A DNA stretch of 64,000 nt, taken from assembly GCA_965372715.1 (NCBI GenBank), contig CBDVDH010000010.1, forward strand, positions 1 through 64,000, written 5' to 3'. The stretch is from an uncultured bacterium. GTDB lineage: Bacteria; B130-G9. Positions 20,951-32,299 of this stretch are shown one piece after another (the first letter of the stretch is position 1; each line of letters opens with the position of its first letter). The translations under genes were made by a program, and so were the position numbers. The notes beneath the pieces are model-generated. The model worked only from the letters and a program-made list of their open reading frames with translations, was not told the DNA's origin and ran no database searches.

Positions 20951-20953
20951 ACG

Positions 20954-21625
20954 CTAGAGTCGCTTTTCCTTGGCTCTGTTCCCGATTGAATCAAGAACCC
21001 GCTGAACTACATCCTGGATGCCGCCGTCCGCATCCACCCTGATCAGCAGACTCCTGTCCCTGTAGAAATCTACCATCTGGAGCGTCACGTCGTTATAGAT
21101 CCGCAGCCTCGTCGCTATCTTCTCAGGCTCGTCGTCCTCACGCCGATAGAGCTCGCCCACACACCGGTCGCACTTGCCCTCAACCTTCGGAGGCAAGAAG
21201 TCAATGTGATATTCCTTCGCACAGCGCGAGCACACTCGCCGACCAGAGAGACGCTTTATGAGCGACTCCTGGGGCAAATCCAGCAACACCGCGGCGTCAA
21301 TGCCAATCCCTAGCTTCTCAAGAATCGCCTCAAGGAACTCCGCCTGCCTAACATTCCTGGGGAAACCATCAAGGATAAACCCCATTTTGGGCCCAAGCTT
21401 CTTAAGCGACTCCTCAATGACGCCGTAAAGCACGTCATCGGAGACCAGCTGACCTGCTTCCACGGCCTCCTTCACCTTAGGCCCCAGCTCGCTCCCGCTC
21501 GCCATCGCGCCTCGAAGGATATCGCCGGTCGAGAGATGAGCCAAGCCCTCTCGCTCCGCCAGGATCTTCGCCTGCGTGCCTTTGCCAGAACCCGGCGGCC
21601 CCATCAGAACAAGTCGAAAAGCCAC
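20954..21625 (-). CDS. adk: Adenylate kinase
   Basis: GPPGSGKGTQA, LDGFPR, Zn-lid cysteines. Confidence 0.96.
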   Translation of the reverse strand: MAFRLVLMGPPGSGKGTQAKILAEREGLAHLSTGDILRGAMASGSELGPKVKEAVEAGQLVSDDVLYGVIEESLKKLGPKMGFILDGFPRNVRQAEFLEAILEKLGIGIDAAVLLDLPQESLIKRLSGRRVCSRCAKEYHIDFLPPKVEGKCDRCVGELYRREDDEPEKIATRLRIYNDVTLQMVDFYRDRSLLIRVDADGGIQDVVQRVLDSIGNRAKEKRL

Positions 21626-23004
21626 TATCTCCTTCCTCGTATCTTGCCCTTCTTAACAAAACCTTCGTAGTGCCGCATCACCATCTGCGACTCGATCTGC
21701 TGAACCGTATCCAGCGCAACACCTACCACGATGAGAAGCGCCGTGCCGCCAAACCAGAACGGAACCCCGAGACCATGCGTCAGATAATAGGGAAACAATC
21801 CCGCTAGCCGCTCGCCTATAAACGGGATGTCCGCTATCGGGATTCCATAGACCAGAACGGCCGGGAGCACAGAAACGCCGGCCAGGAAAACAGCTCCACC
21901 GAACGTAAGCCTGGACAGGACCTGGTCGATATAGTCCGCGGTCGCCTTGCCCGCCCTCTTCCCAGGGATGTTCGCGCCGGACTTCCGCAGATTGTCGGCG
22001 ACATCCGTCGGATTGAACACGATCGACGTGTAGAAATAACAGAAGAAGATTATCGCCGCCACGTAGAGCACCGTGTAAAGCAGCCTCCCAGGCGAAAGCT
22101 GCGCAACTACCGGGTCCAGGAACGAGGCGCCGAATATCCCGGCCGCTGTTGCTGGAAACATGATAATCGACGATGCAAAGATGACGGGAATAACGCCGGC
22201 CGTGTTGACCCTGAGGGGCAGATACGTGCTCTGGCCGCCATATAGCTTCCTGCCGATCACACGCTTCGCGTGCTGAATAGGCAACCGCCGCTGCGCCTGC
22301 TGGAGCACAACCACCAGCGCCACAACACCGACCATGAACGCCACAAGTATTATAATCGTGTATATCTTTATCTCGCCCTGGACGACTTGATTGACGGTCT
22401 GTATTATCGCGCTGGGCAATCGAGCGATTATCCCAGAGAAGATTATCAACGAGATGCCATTGCCGATGCCACGCTCAGAGATCTGCTCGCCAAGCCACAT
22501 AATAAAGGCCGTGCCCGCTGTAAGCGTTATCATCGTCAAGAGCTTGAAGCCAAGCCCCGGGTGGATAACGATCGGGACGCCAGAGGGACTAGTCATCTTC
22601 TCCATCCACATCCCGATGCCAAACCCCTGAAGCATACTCAGAACCGCCGTCCCGTAGCGAGTGTACATCGTGATCTTCTTCTTGCCTGCCTCGCCCTCCT
22701 TCGATAGCTTCTCCAGATGAGGCACCACCACAATCAACAGCTGAAGGATGATTGAGGCGCTGATGTAAGGCATGATGCCGAGCGCAAAGACGGTCAGCTT
22801 CGACAGCGCGCCCCCTGAGAACATGTCGATCATGCCCAGGATGGTGCCCCGTTGCGCATCAAAGAACTGGGCAAGAGCTGCGGCGTCGATACCAGGCGTG
22901 GGAAGGTGGCAGCCGAGCCGATAAACAGCAAGTATCCCAAGGGTGAAGAGAATCCGGCGCCGAAGCTCCGGAATCTTGAACATATTTTGTATTTTCTCAA
23001 GCAA
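21625..23004 (-). CDS. secY: Preprotein translocase SecY
   Basis: LGIMPYISASII, GIGNGISL, GGTALLIVVGV. Confidence 0.97.
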   Translation of the reverse strand: MLEKIQNMFKIPELRRRILFTLGILAVYRLGCHLPTPGIDAAALAQFFDAQRGTILGMIDMFSGGALSKLTVFALGIMPYISASIILQLLIVVVPHLEKLSKEGEAGKKKITMYTRYGTAVLSMLQGFGIGMWMEKMTSPSGVPIVIHPGLGFKLLTMITLTAGTAFIMWLGEQISERGIGNGISLIIFSGIIARLPSAIIQTVNQVVQGEIKIYTIIILVAFMVGVVALVVVLQQAQRRLPIQHAKRVIGRKLYGGQSTYLPLRVNTAGVIPVIFASSIIMFPATAAGIFGASFLDPVVAQLSPGRLLYTVLYVAAIIFFCYFYTSIVFNPTDVADNLRKSGANIPGKRAGKATADYIDQVLSRLTFGGAVFLAGVSVLPAVLVYGIPIADIPFIGERLAGLFPYYLTHGLGVPFWFGGTALLIVVGVALDTVQQIESQMVMRHYEGFVKKGKIRGRR

Positions 23005-23006
23005 CC

Positions 23007-23450
23007 TTATATAACCTCAGCCTTGCCGTTCGCCGCCTCAATCTTCTGCACCGCTTTTGGTGTGAACTTATGAGCCCTGACCGTAAGAGATACGGTTAGC
23101 TCCCCGTTGCCCAGTATCTTCAAGCCGTTAGTCTTCCGCTTGAAGAGGCCCTTCTCCTTGAGTAGTTCTGGGCTCACAACGGTCGCTTCTGAGAATCGGT
23201 TAAGCTGCTCAACATTCATAATGGTGTATTCGACCCTGGTCGGATTGTTGAACCCGCGCTTGGGCACCCTTCGCACCAGAGGCATCTGGCCACCCTCGAA
23301 TCCGCCACGCATGCTGTATCCTGCCCTCGACTTCTGGCCCTTGTGGCCGCGTCCGGCTGTCCCGCCGCGCCGCGCTGCGGGGCCTCTGCCGACTCGTCTC
23401 TTCTTATGCCGAGAACCGGGCGCTGGCCTCAGGTCGTGCAGCTTAAGCAT
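23007..23450 (-). CDS. rplO: 50S ribosomal protein L15
   Basis: GRGHKGQKSR, FEGGQMPL.RR.PKRGF. Confidence 0.96.
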   Translation of the reverse strand: MLKLHDLRPAPGSRHKKRRVGRGPAARRGGTAGRGHKGQKSRAGYSMRGGFEGGQMPLVRRVPKRGFNNPTRVEYTIMNVEQLNRFSEATVVSPELLKEKGLFKRKTNGLKILGNGELTVSLTVRAHKFTPKAVQKIEAANGKAEVI

Positions 23451-23652
23451 CAGTCGCCACCCCTTCATCAGAAAATGGCTCGAACTCGACCAGATAGCTC
23501 ACCTTCTTCAGCATCCCCATTATCTCAGGACGGTTGTCCTTGATTATCGTCTGGTGCAAACGCTTAAACCCCAGCTTCTCAACTGTATCTTTGTGACGCC
23601 TGCACCGACCTATCGGGCTGCGAACAAGCGTAGCTCTTATCTTATCAGCCAT
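23443..23652 (-). CDS. rpmD: 50S ribosomal protein L30
   Basis: LVRSPIG, position in spc operon. Confidence 0.92.
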   Translation of the reverse strand: MADKIRATLVRSPIGRCRRHKDTVEKLGFKRLHQTIIKDNRPEIMGMLKKVSYLVEFEPFSDEGVATDA

Positions 23653-23680
23653 AACGAAGAACCCCTGAGCCGATAACCCG

Positions 23681-24181
23681 TCATTCCATTACCTTCTCGA
23701 CCGCGACGCCACGTTCTTCAGCAACCATCTCTGCGCTCCTAAGAGACGCCAATCCCTTAATAGTCGCCCTAACCACATTGTGAGGGCTTCGACTGCCGAA
23801 GCACTTGGTCAGAATATCCTGCACGCCGGCCATCTCCATGACTGCGCGCACCGGACCACCAGCGATGACACCCGTTCCCGGCGAAGCTGGCTTGAGGAGC
23901 ACGCTCGAAGCTGAGGACCTGCAGCTTACGTGATGCGGTATGGTCGAACCAGAGAGTGGGAACTCAATCAGTGAGTGTCTCGCACGTTCCGCCCCTTTGC
24001 GGATGGCATCGGGAACCTCTCGCGCCTTGCCAAGCCCCATACCAACGATACCGGACTTATTGCCCACGACCACAACGGCCGTAAACCCAAAGCGGCGGCC
24101 ACCCTTAACGACCTTGGCCACGCGGTTTATATAGACAACTCTATCATCGAGCTCAAGCCCCGACGGATCAATAAAACTCAA
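23681..24181 (-). CDS. rpsE: 30S ribosomal protein S5
   Basis: [22 protein letters not shown]. Confidence 0.97.
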   Translation of the reverse strand: MSFIDPSGLELDDRVVYINRVAKVVKGGRRFGFTAVVVVGNKSGIVGMGLGKAREVPDAIRKGAERARHSLIEFPLSGSTIPHHVSCRSSASSVLLKPASPGTGVIAGGPVRAVMEMAGVQDILTKCFGSRSPHNVVRATIKGLASLRSAEMVAEERGVAVEKVME

Positions 24182-24196
24182 CTACTCCTCCAGACT

Positions 24197-24571
24197 TCAG
24201 AACTTCAATCCTGCTTCGCGAGCAGCTTCGCTAAACGCCTTCACTCTTCCATGGTACTTATATCCGGCCCGGTCAAAAACAACGCTCTCAATCCCGCTTT
24301 TTATCGCCCTCTTTGCAAGGCTCTCCCCGGCCGCCTTCGCCGCTTCCTTATTTGCGCCGCTCTTCAGTGTCCCCCGCTTACGAAGATTGAGCGTTGACTC
24401 ACTGAGCAAAGTGTAACCGCTCTCGTCGTCAATCAGAGCGCCATACAGCTCTCTCAGACTCCGATAAACGCAGAGCCGGGGTCGAACCTTGGTCCCGAAC
24501 ACAGCCTTGCGAATGCTCTTGTGCCTCCTAAACCTTGCCACAAACTTCTTGCTTTTGAACTTCCGCTGCAA
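24197..24571 (-). CDS. rplR: 50S ribosomal protein L18
   Basis: RPRL.VYRS, VFDR.GYKYHGRV. Confidence 0.96.
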   Translation of the reverse strand: MQRKFKSKKFVARFRRHKSIRKAVFGTKVRPRLCVYRSLRELYGALIDDESGYTLLSESTLNLRKRGTLKSGANKEAAKAAGESLAKRAIKSGIESVVFDRAGYKYHGRVKAFSEAAREAGLKF

Positions 24572-24598
24572 TCTGAGAACCTCTATTTCTACCGGAGG

Positions 24599-25150
24599 CT
24601 ACACGCCCGCCTTACCTTGCTTGCGTCGAACATATTCACCTCTGTAGCGAATCCCCTTGCCCTTGTATGGCTCGGGCTTTCTGAAAGACCTAATCTCGGC
24701 GGCTACTTGACCCACTTGCTGCTTATCGGTACCCCTAATCCTGATCACAGTCTCAGATTCGAGATGAATCTCTATTCCGGCAGGGACCGGATAGAGTATT
24801 GGGTGGCAATAGCCGAGGGCAAGCACGAGGTTCTTGACCTCAAGCTTCGCCTTGTAACCTAGCCCATGTATCTCCAAGACCTTCTCGAAACCTTCCGAGA
24901 CCCCCTGCACCATGTTGCTTATCAGCGCCCGGAAAAGCCCATGGAAAGCTCTGCTCTTTCTTGAATCATCGCTCCGCTCAACTGAGACTATCGATCCCGT
25001 GACCCCGGCATGAACGCATGGCAGCAGGTCAAGGTGAAGCTCACCTTTATTGCCCTTGACAGACACCCGCTGACGCCCGCCGTCAAGCCCATCAATCGTC
25101 AGAGTTACCGCTTCGGGGACGGGAATGAGTCTCTTGCCTACTCTCGACAT
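24599..25150 (-). CDS. rplF: 50S ribosomal protein L6
   Basis: MSRVGK, PEPYKGKGIRY. Confidence 0.97.
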   Translation of the reverse strand: MSRVGKRLIPVPEAVTLTIDGLDGGRQRVSVKGNKGELHLDLLPCVHAGVTGSIVSVERSDDSRKSRAFHGLFRALISNMVQGVSEGFEKVLEIHGLGYKAKLEVKNLVLALGYCHPILYPVPAGIEIHLESETVIRIRGTDKQQVGQVAAEIRSFRKPEPYKGKGIRYRGEYVRRKQGKAGV

Positions 25151-25156
25151 AGAACC

Positions 25157-25552
25157 TTACCAGACATTACAAATAACCTCGCCGCCGCAATGGTTGCGAA
25201 TGCAGTCCTTGTCCGTCATCACGCCCTTTGAACTCGACATAATCGCAACACCGAGACCATCGAGGACCTTTGGCAACCCGTTGACGCCTCGGTAAACCCT
25301 GAGCCCGGGCTTGCTTACGCGCTTGATCCCCTTGATCACGGGCTGTGAATCCTTCCCATACCTCAGATAAACCCTCAACACGCCCTGCCTCCGGTCGGGC
25401 ATGACCTTGTAACCTCTGATGAAGCCCTGTTCCTTCAAGACTCGGGCAATCTCGACCTTTATCTTGGCACAAGGAACGTTCAGCTTTCTGTGCCTCGCCA
25501 GGCTTGCGTTCCGTATCCTCGTCAACAGATCGGCAATCGGGTCGGTCATCAT
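25157..25552 (-). CDS. rpsH: 30S ribosomal protein S8
   Basis: TDPIADLLTRIRN, SKPGLRVY. Confidence 0.97.
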   Translation of the reverse strand: MMTDPIADLLTRIRNASLARHRKLNVPCAKIKVEIARVLKEQGFIRGYKVMPDRRQGVLRVYLRYGKDSQPVIKGIKRVSKPGLRVYRGVNGLPKVLDGLGVAIMSSSKGVMTDKDCIRNHCGGEVICNVW

Positions 25553-25567
25553 TTCTCTAGCATCCCC

Positions 25568-25753
25568 CTACCAACTTGCCTTTCTAACCCCGGGAAGCTC
25601 GCCTTCTCGAGCAAGATTCCGAAAACATATACGACACATCTCGAACTTCCTCAAATAACCCCTGGACCTGCCGCAGAGCTTGCAGCGGTTATAGCCCCGA
25701 ACCTTGAACTTAGGCTCACTTCTCCACTTAGCAATCAGCGATTTCTTCGCCAT
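25568..25753 (-). CDS. rpsN: 30S ribosomal protein S14 (Zn-binding type)
   Basis: [19 protein letters not shown]. Confidence 0.96.
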   Translation of the reverse strand: MAKKSLIAKWRSEPKFKVRGYNRCKLCGRSRGYLRKFEMCRICFRNLAREGELPGVRKASW

Positions 25754-25799
25754 CCTACCACTGTCCTAGCTCCCTCTGATGAAAACCGCATAAACACAA

Positions 25800-26342
25800 T
25801 TACGCCGTCTTGAAAGGCATACCTAGATATGCCAGAAGCTCCCGTGCCTCGTCATCGCGCTCCGCGCTGGTTACTACCGTTACCGACAGCCCGTGAATCC
25901 GGCTAGCTTTGTCGTAATCTATCTCGGGGAAAATTATCTGCTCCAAAATCCCAAGCGTGTAATTGCCCCGGCCATCAAAGGCGCGGTCCGATGTTCCCCT
26001 AAAATCCCTGACGCGAGGCAGCGCCGCGTTCACAAGCCGATCGTAGAACTCATACATCCGCCTGCCACGCAACGTCACCATGCAACCAATTGGCATTCCA
26101 GCCCGGAGCTTGAAACCCGCAATCGACTTCTTCGCGCGACTGATGACTGCCTTCTGCCCCGTTATTTGCGCAATCTCCTCCGCCGCCTCGTCCAGAAGCT
26201 TCACGTTCTGGATTGCCTCGCCAACACCCACGTTGACAACTATCTTCACGAGGCGCGGAACCTCGTGCACGTTCTTGTAGCCGAATTGCTCCCTGAGCTT
26301 CGGCGCTATCTCCTTGGTATAAATCTCAAGAAGCCTACTCAA
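25800..26342 (-). CDS. rplE: 50S ribosomal protein L5 (probable TTG start at 26342)
   Basis: [25 protein letters not shown]. Confidence 0.95.
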   Translation of the reverse strand: MSRLLEIYTKEIAPKLREQFGYKNVHEVPRLVKIVVNVGVGEAIQNVKLLDEAAEEIAQITGQKAVISRAKKSIAGFKLRAGMPIGCMVTLRGRRMYEFYDRLVNAALPRVRDFRGTSDRAFDGRGNYTLGILEQIIFPEIDYDKASRIHGLSVTVVTSAERDDEARELLAYLGMPFKTA

Positions 26343-26352
26343 TCCCCAACCC

Positions 26353-26700
26353 CTATACCATCTCGGCGCATTTCTTGCAGATCCTGATTTTTCTGCCATC
26401 AGTCAACGTCTTATGCGCTATCCTGCTCGGCTTGTCACAATTGCCGCAAACAAGCATCACGTTCGATATCTTGATGGGCCCCTCTTTCTCTACGATACCG
26501 CCCTTCTGATCAACGCGCCTCGCCCTCGTGGAACGCCTAATGAAGTTCACGTTCTCCACCAAAATGGAATTGGTCTTATGAAGGACGTGAAGAACCCGGC
26601 CGCGCTTGCCTCTCTCATCGCCGGCAATCACCAAGACCACATCGTTCTTCTTTACGTTGAACTTCTTTCGCCGTTCTTTGGCTAAACCGCGCTTAATCAC
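26353..26700 (-). CDS. rplX: 50S ribosomal protein L24
   Basis: KOW-like VKKND.V.VIAG..RGK.G, GGIVEKE.PI..SNV. Confidence 0.95.
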   Translation of the reverse strand: MIKRGLAKERRKKFNVKKNDVVLVIAGDERGKRGRVLHVLHKTNSILVENVNFIRRSTRARRVDQKGGIVEKEGPIKISNVMLVCGNCDKPSRIAHKTLTDGRKIRICKKCAEMV

Positions 26701-27065
26701 ACTACTTCCGCCGCAAGTGAAACGATTTTCATAAACCTCTTCTCTCGAAGCTCTCTCGCCACAGGACCGAAAACACGGGTCCCAATGGGCTCGTTCTGCT
26801 TGTCAATCAAAACAGCCGCATTCCTGTCGAACTTTATATACGACCCGTCCCTGCGCCTGACCTCTTTGGCGCAGCGAACTACAACCGCGCGAACCTTCTC
26901 GCCCTTTGCTACATTTGAGCCCGGCGCAGCCTCCTTGACGGACGCCGTCACAACGTCCGCGAGCGACGCAGTCTTCCTCCCAGAAACACCGATAACAGAT
27001 ATACATGACAGCTTCTTGGCCCCCGAGTTATCGGCAACGTCAAGCGCCGTCATCATTCGGATCAT
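26697..27065 (-). CDS. rplN: 50S ribosomal protein L14
   Basis: [21 protein letters not shown]. Confidence 0.97.
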   Translation of the reverse strand: MIRMMTALDVADNSGAKKLSCISVIGVSGRKTASLADVVTASVKEAAPGSNVAKGEKVRAVVVRCAKEVRRRDGSYIKFDRNAAVLIDKQNEPIGTRVFGPVARELREKRFMKIVSLAAEVV

Positions 27066-27097
27066 TTCGCTCTATGCTCCCTCGGCTAGAGAACCGC

Positions 27098-27364
27098 TCA
27101 CTTAGCCTTCTCAACTATCTCAACAAGCCGCCAGTGCTTTCGCTTGGAAATCGGCCTTGTCTCCATGATCTGAACCCGATCTCCGACGCCGCAACGGTTC
27201 TCCTCGTCATGAACCAGCAGCCGCTTCACACGTTTGACATATTTCTTGTAGTGCGCATGCTTCATCAGCCGCTCGATGACGACCACGGCCGTCTTGTCCA
27301 TCGCCGTCCCTACCACAACACCTGTTCGAACCTTGCGTTGCGCCCTAGCTGCTTCTGCCGTCAC
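27098..27364 (-). CDS. rpsQ: 30S ribosomal protein S17
   Basis: MDKT.VV, ETRPISK.K.W. Confidence 0.96.
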   Translation of the reverse strand: MTAEAARAQRKVRTGVVVGTAMDKTAVVVIERLMKHAHYKKYVKRVKRLLVHDEENRCGVGDRVQIMETRPISKRKHWRLVEIVEKAK

Positions 27365-27564
27365 GCTTTTGTCGCCTCTTTCTGATTTCGTATTGTGATT
27401 ACGCGAGAAAGCTCATGGCGGGCAATCCTCAATCGAAGCGGGTTCTGGATCTGCCCCGTTGCCTTCTGAAACCGCAAATTGAACAGCTCCCGCCTGAGGT
27501 CGGCCTCGATCCCTCTGAGCTCATCCGCCGTCATCGCCCAAAGCTGAGATTTGCGAGCCATCAA
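27361..27564 (-). CDS. rpmC: 50S ribosomal protein L29
   Basis: [13 protein letters not shown]. Confidence 0.95.
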   Translation of the reverse strand: MMARKSQLWAMTADELRGIEADLRRELFNLRFQKATGQIQNPLRLRIARHELSRVITIRNQKEATKA

Positions 27565-28007
27565 TTACCTCCGGCCGCCTGGCTCAAAGCTGCCACGTCA
27601 ATCCCCTGAGAGATGAACCTGGTCTTTATCCCAATCTTGTGAGAGGCAAGCCGGATAGCCTCTCTTGCCAACGCTTCGGACACTCCTTCCATCTCATAGA
27701 GAATCCGTCCAGGCAGAACCGGCGCGACCCAATCCTTCGGAGGGCCCTTGCCCTTGCCCATTCTGGTCTCCGCAGGCTTCTCTGTCGTGGGCTTGTCCGG
27801 GAAAATGCGAATCCAAATCTTCCCACCTCTTTTGATCTTCCTAGTCATGGCAACCCTGGCCGCCTCAATCTGACGAGCCGTTATCCAGCCCGGTTCCAAT
27901 GCTTGTAGCCCATACTCGCCAAAAGCCAGCCTGTTCCCGCGGAGGGCCTTTCCTTTCATCCGGCCACGGTGGCGCTTGCGGAACTTGACTTTGCGCGGCA
28001 TCAACAT
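27561..28007 (-). CDS. rplP: 50S ribosomal protein L16
   Basis: [18 protein letters not shown]. Confidence 0.97.
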   Translation of the reverse strand: MLMPRKVKFRKRHRGRMKGKALRGNRLAFGEYGLQALEPGWITARQIEAARVAMTRKIKRGGKIWIRIFPDKPTTEKPAETRMGKGKGPPKDWVAPVLPGRILYEMEGVSEALAREAIRLASHKIGIKTRFISQGIDVAALSQAAGGN

Positions 28008-28660
28008 CAGGAAGACCCCTCCTTCTTGGACCTGCCCAAGACCTCGCCCTTGAAAACCCATACCTTAACGCCAATCGCGCCGTATGTGGTTCGGGCAAGC
28101 GTGTAACCGTAATCAATGTCTGCGCGAAGCGTATGAAGCGGAAGCCGCCCCTTCAAATACCACTCTCGTCGCGCCATCTCCGCGCCGCCTAGCCTGCCCG
28201 CGCAGGCAACCTTGATCCCCTCTACGCCTGCTCGAATCGCAGACCCAATCGCTCGCTTCATCGCCCGCCTGAAGGAAATGCGGCGAATGAGCTGCGAGGC
28301 GATGTTCTCAGCTATCAGCTTTGCGTCGGTGTCCGGATTCTCAATGCTCAGCACTTCGATGTGAATGTTCTTGCCGACCTGCTTCGTCAAAAGATCGCGA
28401 AGCTTGGTAACCTCCACCCCCTTGCGCCCAATAACCCTGCTGGGAAACGCTGTCTCAATAAAAATGCGTATGTCATTCTCGCCCTGTCGCTCAATACGAA
28501 CCTTCGAAACGGCAGCGTTCGCCAACTGGCTCTTAATCGTCTTCTTGATCGCGAGGTCCTCGTGAACATACTTCGCGTAATCCCTCTTGGAATACCACTT
28601 GCAGTCCCAGTCCCTAGTTACACCAACTCGAAGCCCGATCGGATTTGCTTTCTGCCCCAA
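28007..28660 (-). CDS. rpsC: 30S ribosomal protein S3
   Basis: [30 protein letters not shown]. Confidence 0.97.
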   Translation of the reverse strand: MGQKANPIGLRVGVTRDWDCKWYSKRDYAKYVHEDLAIKKTIKSQLANAAVSKVRIERQGENDIRIFIETAFPSRVIGRKGVEVTKLRDLLTKQVGKNIHIEVLSIENPDTDAKLIAENIASQLIRRISFRRAMKRAIGSAIRAGVEGIKVACAGRLGGAEMARREWYLKGRLPLHTLRADIDYGYTLARTTYGAIGVKVWVFKGEVLGRSKKEGSS

Positions 28661-28681
28661 GTCTGCTCTCCCTTTCCTCGA

Positions 28682-29077
28682 CTAACCCTTGCTCTCGACC
28701 TTTACGACGTCGGCCTCGTCCGCGTCCAGCTCGCCCTCGAGGCGCTCCTCGAGGACAATCCTCACGTGGCTCGTCCGATGCCGTATCAGAACAACACGCC
28801 CGCGAGCCTTGAAACGGACCCGCTTCGCCGTCGGCCCTGGCCCAAGGTCCACCCTCGATACGTAAAGCGAATCGGCGTCACCTATCTCGAGACTGTTCTC
28901 CGCATTGGCCACCGCGGACCGCAGAAGCTTGAGCATGATCCGAGCTGTCCGCCGAGGCGACACCGCCAGCAACCTCTCCGCCACCCCTGCGTTCTTGTCT
29001 CGTATAAGGTCCGCAATTGGCTTCATTTTCTGGAACGAGACCCGCTCGAACCGCAGAAGTGCGCTAGCCTGACCCAC
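28682..29077 (-). CDS. rplV: 50S ribosomal protein L22
   Basis: SAVANAE, ARGR....RTSH. Confidence 0.93.
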   Translation of the reverse strand: MGQASALLRFERVSFQKMKPIADLIRDKNAGVAERLLAVSPRRTARIMLKLLRSAVANAENSLEIGDADSLYVSRVDLGPGPTAKRVRFKARGRVVLIRHRTSHVRIVLEERLEGELDADEADVVKVESKG

Positions 29078-29094
29078 GCCTCTTTCTCCCGCTC

Positions 29095-29391
29095 CTACTT
29101 CTTCAATTTCTTGGCACGGGAGGCTCGTTCAAGCTTGCCGCCATGACCGTGAAAAGTCCGCGTCGGTGAAAACTCACCCAACTTGTGACCGACCATGTTT
29201 TCTGTTACGAACACGGGGACAAACTTCCGACCATTATGAATCAAGAAAGTGAGCCCCACGAAATCAGGCACGATTGTCGAGCGCCTCGACCAAGTCTTGA
29301 CTGGTTTCTTGGACTTCTCTTTGAGCCGTCTCCCAACGTGCTTAGCCAGGTGCTCATCCACAAAAAAACCTTTTTTCAGCGACCTAGTCAT
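29095..29391 (-). CDS. rpsS: 30S ribosomal protein S19
   Basis: [20 protein letters not shown]. Confidence 0.97.
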   Translation of the reverse strand: MTRSLKKGFFVDEHLAKHVGRRLKEKSKKPVKTWSRRSTIVPDFVGLTFLIHNGRKFVPVFVTENMVGHKLGEFSPTRTFHGHGGKLERASRAKKLKK

Positions 29392-29405
29392 CCAAAATAC
29401 CCACG

Positions 29406-30242
29406 CTATTTCGACCTACGATCCCTAACTATGAATTTGCTGGACTGTTTCTTCTTGTTCCGTGTCTTCATCCCCTTAGTCGGCTTGCCCCAGGGACTCA
29501 CCGGATGCCTTCCCCCCGAACTCTTGCCCTCGCCCCCGCCGTGCGGATGATCGACCGGGTTCATCGCGACGCCTCTCACCTTAGGTCTTCTGCCAAGCCA
29601 TCGAGCGCGTCCCGCCTTACCGCAGCAAACCGTGGAATGCTCGGCGTTGCCAACCTGCCCGATTGTCGCATAGCAGTCAAGGTGGAACAGGCGAACCTCG
29701 CCTGAAGGCAACCGAACGTGTGCGTAATTGCCCTCCTTGGCGAGAAGATCCGCCTCCGCCCCGGCGCTCCGAGCCACCTGCGCTCCCTTCCCAGGCTTCA
29801 ACTCAATGCAATGGATACCCATCCCGAGCGGGATGTTCCTCAAGGGCAGAGTGTTGCCCGGCTTGATGTCCGCGGCAGGGCCAGTCTCTATCCTGTCGCC
29901 AACCTTCAGCTTGCCCGGGGCTATCATATAGCGCTTCGCTCCATCAGCATACGTCAGAAGCGCGATCCTGGCGGCGCGATTGGGGTCATATTCCACAGTC
30001 CGCACCGTCGCTGGAACACCCGACTTGTCACGCCGCACGAAATCAATCAGCCGGTATCTGCGTTTTGCGCCGCCTCCGCGATGCCGAACCGAGATTCGGC
30101 CCTCGTTATTGCGACCGGCCATCCTCTTACGAGGTTTTAGGAGAGATTTGACCGTCGGACTCTTGTCCGTGATCTCCTCGAACGTCGAGACCGACATCCC
30201 TCTTTGACCCGCGGTCGTGGGCTTGAACCTCTTTATACCCAT
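29406..30242 (-). CDS. rplB: 50S ribosomal protein L2
   Basis: [24 protein letters not shown]. Confidence 0.98.
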   Translation of the reverse strand: MGIKRFKPTTAGQRGMSVSTFEEITDKSPTVKSLLKPRKRMAGRNNEGRISVRHRGGGAKRRYRLIDFVRRDKSGVPATVRTVEYDPNRAARIALLTYADGAKRYMIAPGKLKVGDRIETGPAADIKPGNTLPLRNIPLGMGIHCIELKPGKGAQVARSAGAEADLLAKEGNYAHVRLPSGEVRLFHLDCYATIGQVGNAEHSTVCCGKAGRARWLGRRPKVRGVAMNPVDHPHGGGEGKSSGGRHPVSPWGKPTKGMKTRNKKKQSSKFIVRDRRSK

Positions 30243-30268
30243 AACTTCACCATAATCTCATAGAGACG

Positions 30269-30559
30269 CTATATGTTCTCGAAATACTCAACCCTGGCGT
30301 CCTTCGGAAGCGTTACTACCGCCTTCTTCCACGACGATGTCTTCCCTACGAACCGCCCAAGACTGCGAGTCTTGCTCTTCTGGCGCATTACATTGACCTT
30401 GAGCACCCTGACCTTGAAAGCTGCCTCAACGGCCCGCTTGATCTGCCGCTTAGTAGCGGACAATCCAACCTTGAGCACGACCTTGTTATGATCATCCTTC
30501 AGAGCCGTCGATTTCTCGGAAAGCACTGGAGATCTTAGAATCTCAAATTCTCTAGACAA
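30269..30559 (-). CDS. rplW: 50S ribosomal protein L23
   Basis: PVLSEKS, WKKAVVTL. Confidence 0.96.
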   Translation of the reverse strand: MSREFEILRSPVLSEKSTALKDDHNKVVLKVGLSATKRQIKRAVEAAFKVRVLKVNVMRQKSKTRSLGRFVGKTSSWKKAVVTLPKDARVEYFENI

Positions 30560-31214
30560 CTTCCATCCTCGCCTGAAGCAGCTTCAGGGACTCCTGTGTG
30601 AGGAACAGCCTGTCCGCCAACAGTATGTCGTGGACGGTTACTTGATCGATAAGCTTCACACAGACTGATCTTATGTCGCCCACATACCTCTTCCTGGTAT
30701 GTGGCTTGAGGTTTTGTGCAGACTTCTCGACGATCTTATGTCTCTCTGAAAGAGCGATAAGCACTCTGCCCATTCCCCCAAGCGCAACGAGTCGCGCCAA
30801 GAGCTCCTTCGTCTTGATCTCCTCGAGCCCAAAGTCCTTCACTACGACGACCGCGTCGGACGAAAACCGATCGGACCAGGCCATCTTGAAGGCCAGCCTC
30901 CGAACGTTTTTCGGCGGTCTGCTCTCGACTGCCCGAGGCTTCGGCCCAAATATCACACCGCCGCCACTCCAAAGCGGGGACCTTCTCGAGCCTGCCCTCG
31001 CGCGACCCGTCCCTTTCTGGCGAAAAGGTTTCCGACCACCACCACGCACCTCTGTCCTGGTCAATGTGCTCGCGGTCTTCTTCATGTAGTTGTTATTCTG
31101 GGAGTGAACAACCTCATGCAACACATGAGGCTTGACCTCAACACCGAAGTGCGAGGGGTCCAGCTCGACCGTATCAACCTGATTGCCTTGTGCGTCAAGC
31201 ACTTTCGTTTCCAC
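30552..31214 (-). CDS. rplD: 50S ribosomal protein L4
   Basis: [16 protein letters not shown]...GGG. Confidence 0.97.
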   Translation of the reverse strand: METKVLDAQGNQVDTVELDPSHFGVEVKPHVLHEVVHSQNNNYMKKTASTLTRTEVRGGGRKPFRQKGTGRARAGSRRSPLWSGGGVIFGPKPRAVESRPPKNVRRLAFKMAWSDRFSSDAVVVVKDFGLEEIKTKELLARLVALGGMGRVLIALSERHKIVEKSAQNLKPHTRKRYVGDIRSVCVKLIDQVTVHDILLADRLFLTQESLKLLQARMEVV

Positions 31215-31229
31215 TTCTACAAAAACCTG

Positions 31230-31892
31230 CTAACTCTTGCCTTGACTTGTAGAGCTGACCTTCGACACAAGTAGGTACCGACCACCAATGCCACCAGGCA
31301 CTCCACCCTTCACGATGATTGTGTTTCTTTCTTTCATAACCCTCACGACCTTCGCTCGACTGAGCGTCACTCGCTGGCCGCCCATCCGTCCGGGAAGCTT
31401 CTTGCCCTTGTAAACCCTGGACGGTGTGGCAGACGCGCCCATCGAACCAGGAATCCGACCAAAATGTGAGCCATGAGACGCAGGTCCCCCCTTGAAACCG
31501 TGCCGCTTAACCACGCCAGCAAACCCCTTGCCCTTGCTGGTCCCAGTGATCCTGACGAGGTCGCCCTCCTCAAACAGACTGGAGTCCAACTTCTGACCCA
31601 CCTCGTAACCCTCTGGGTCGTCAACTCGAAACTCCCTGAGAAGATCGACTGCGTCCAAGCCCACCCGCTTCAGATGACCTCTCAAAGGCCTGGTAGTTCG
31701 TTTGAACTTCTTGCGCGATTCCAACCCAACCTGAACAGCGTTGTAGCCGTCCGGGCCCTTTGCGTTCTTCACCTGAACGACGCGACAATTCCCTACTTGA
31801 AGCACCGAGACTGGAACAGCCTCGCCGCTTTCAAGAAATATCTGCGTCATGCCAATGTTTCTGGCGATCACGCCCGCCGGCCTCGAGCTCAC
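31230..31892 (-). CDS. rplC: 50S ribosomal protein L3
   Basis: GMTQIF, SKGKGFAG.VKRH. Confidence 0.97.
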   Translation of the reverse strand: MSSRPAGVIARNIGMTQIFLESGEAVPVSVLQVGNCRVVQVKNAKGPDGYNAVQVGLESRKKFKRTTRPLRGHLKRVGLDAVDLLREFRVDDPEGYEVGQKLDSSLFEEGDLVRITGTSKGKGFAGVVKRHGFKGGPASHGSHFGRIPGSMGASATPSRVYKGKKLPGRMGGQRVTLSRAKVVRVMKERNTIIVKGGVPGGIGGRYLLVSKVSSTSQGKS

Positions 31893-32206
31893 TACAACTT
31901 CACCTCAATCTCGACGCCTGCAGGCAAGTGAAGATTAAGGTCCATTATCGTCTTCACCGTCCGCTGTGAGGGCTCCACTATCTCAATCAATCTCTTGTGC
32001 GTCCTTATCTCAAATTGCTCGCGGGACTTCTTGTCAACGTGTGGCGAGCGAAGAACCGTAAACACGCTCCGTTCAGTGGGAAGAGGGATGGGTCCCATCA
32101 CACGCCCACCGGCCTGCCTGACGCTATCTGATATCTTGCGGCTCGTCTCGTCAAGCAGCCGTTGGTCAAACGCTCGGAGCTTGACCCTTATCTTCTCAGT
32201 TTCCAT
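31892..32206 (-). CDS. rpsJ: 30S ribosomal protein S10
   Basis: [21 protein letters not shown]. Confidence 0.98.
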   Translation of the reverse strand: METEKIRVKLRAFDQRLLDETSRKISDSVRQAGGRVMGPIPLPTERSVFTVLRSPHVDKKSREQFEIRTHKRLIEIVEPSQRTVKTIMDLNLHLPAGVEIEVKL

Positions 32207-32271
32207 GCGCCATCAATTCCCTATTTGATACCTGTGATGGAGAGACCCCGACCCAAGAAACGGAATCGCAA

Positions 32272-32299
32272 ATTATATTTCCGAAAACCGTTCTGTCAA
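32272..32299 (-). promoter_or_regulatory. sigma70 promoter TTGACA-N16-TATAAT for the S10 operon
   Basis: Perfect -35 and -10 hexamers ~65 nt upstream of rpsJ. Confidence 0.8.
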
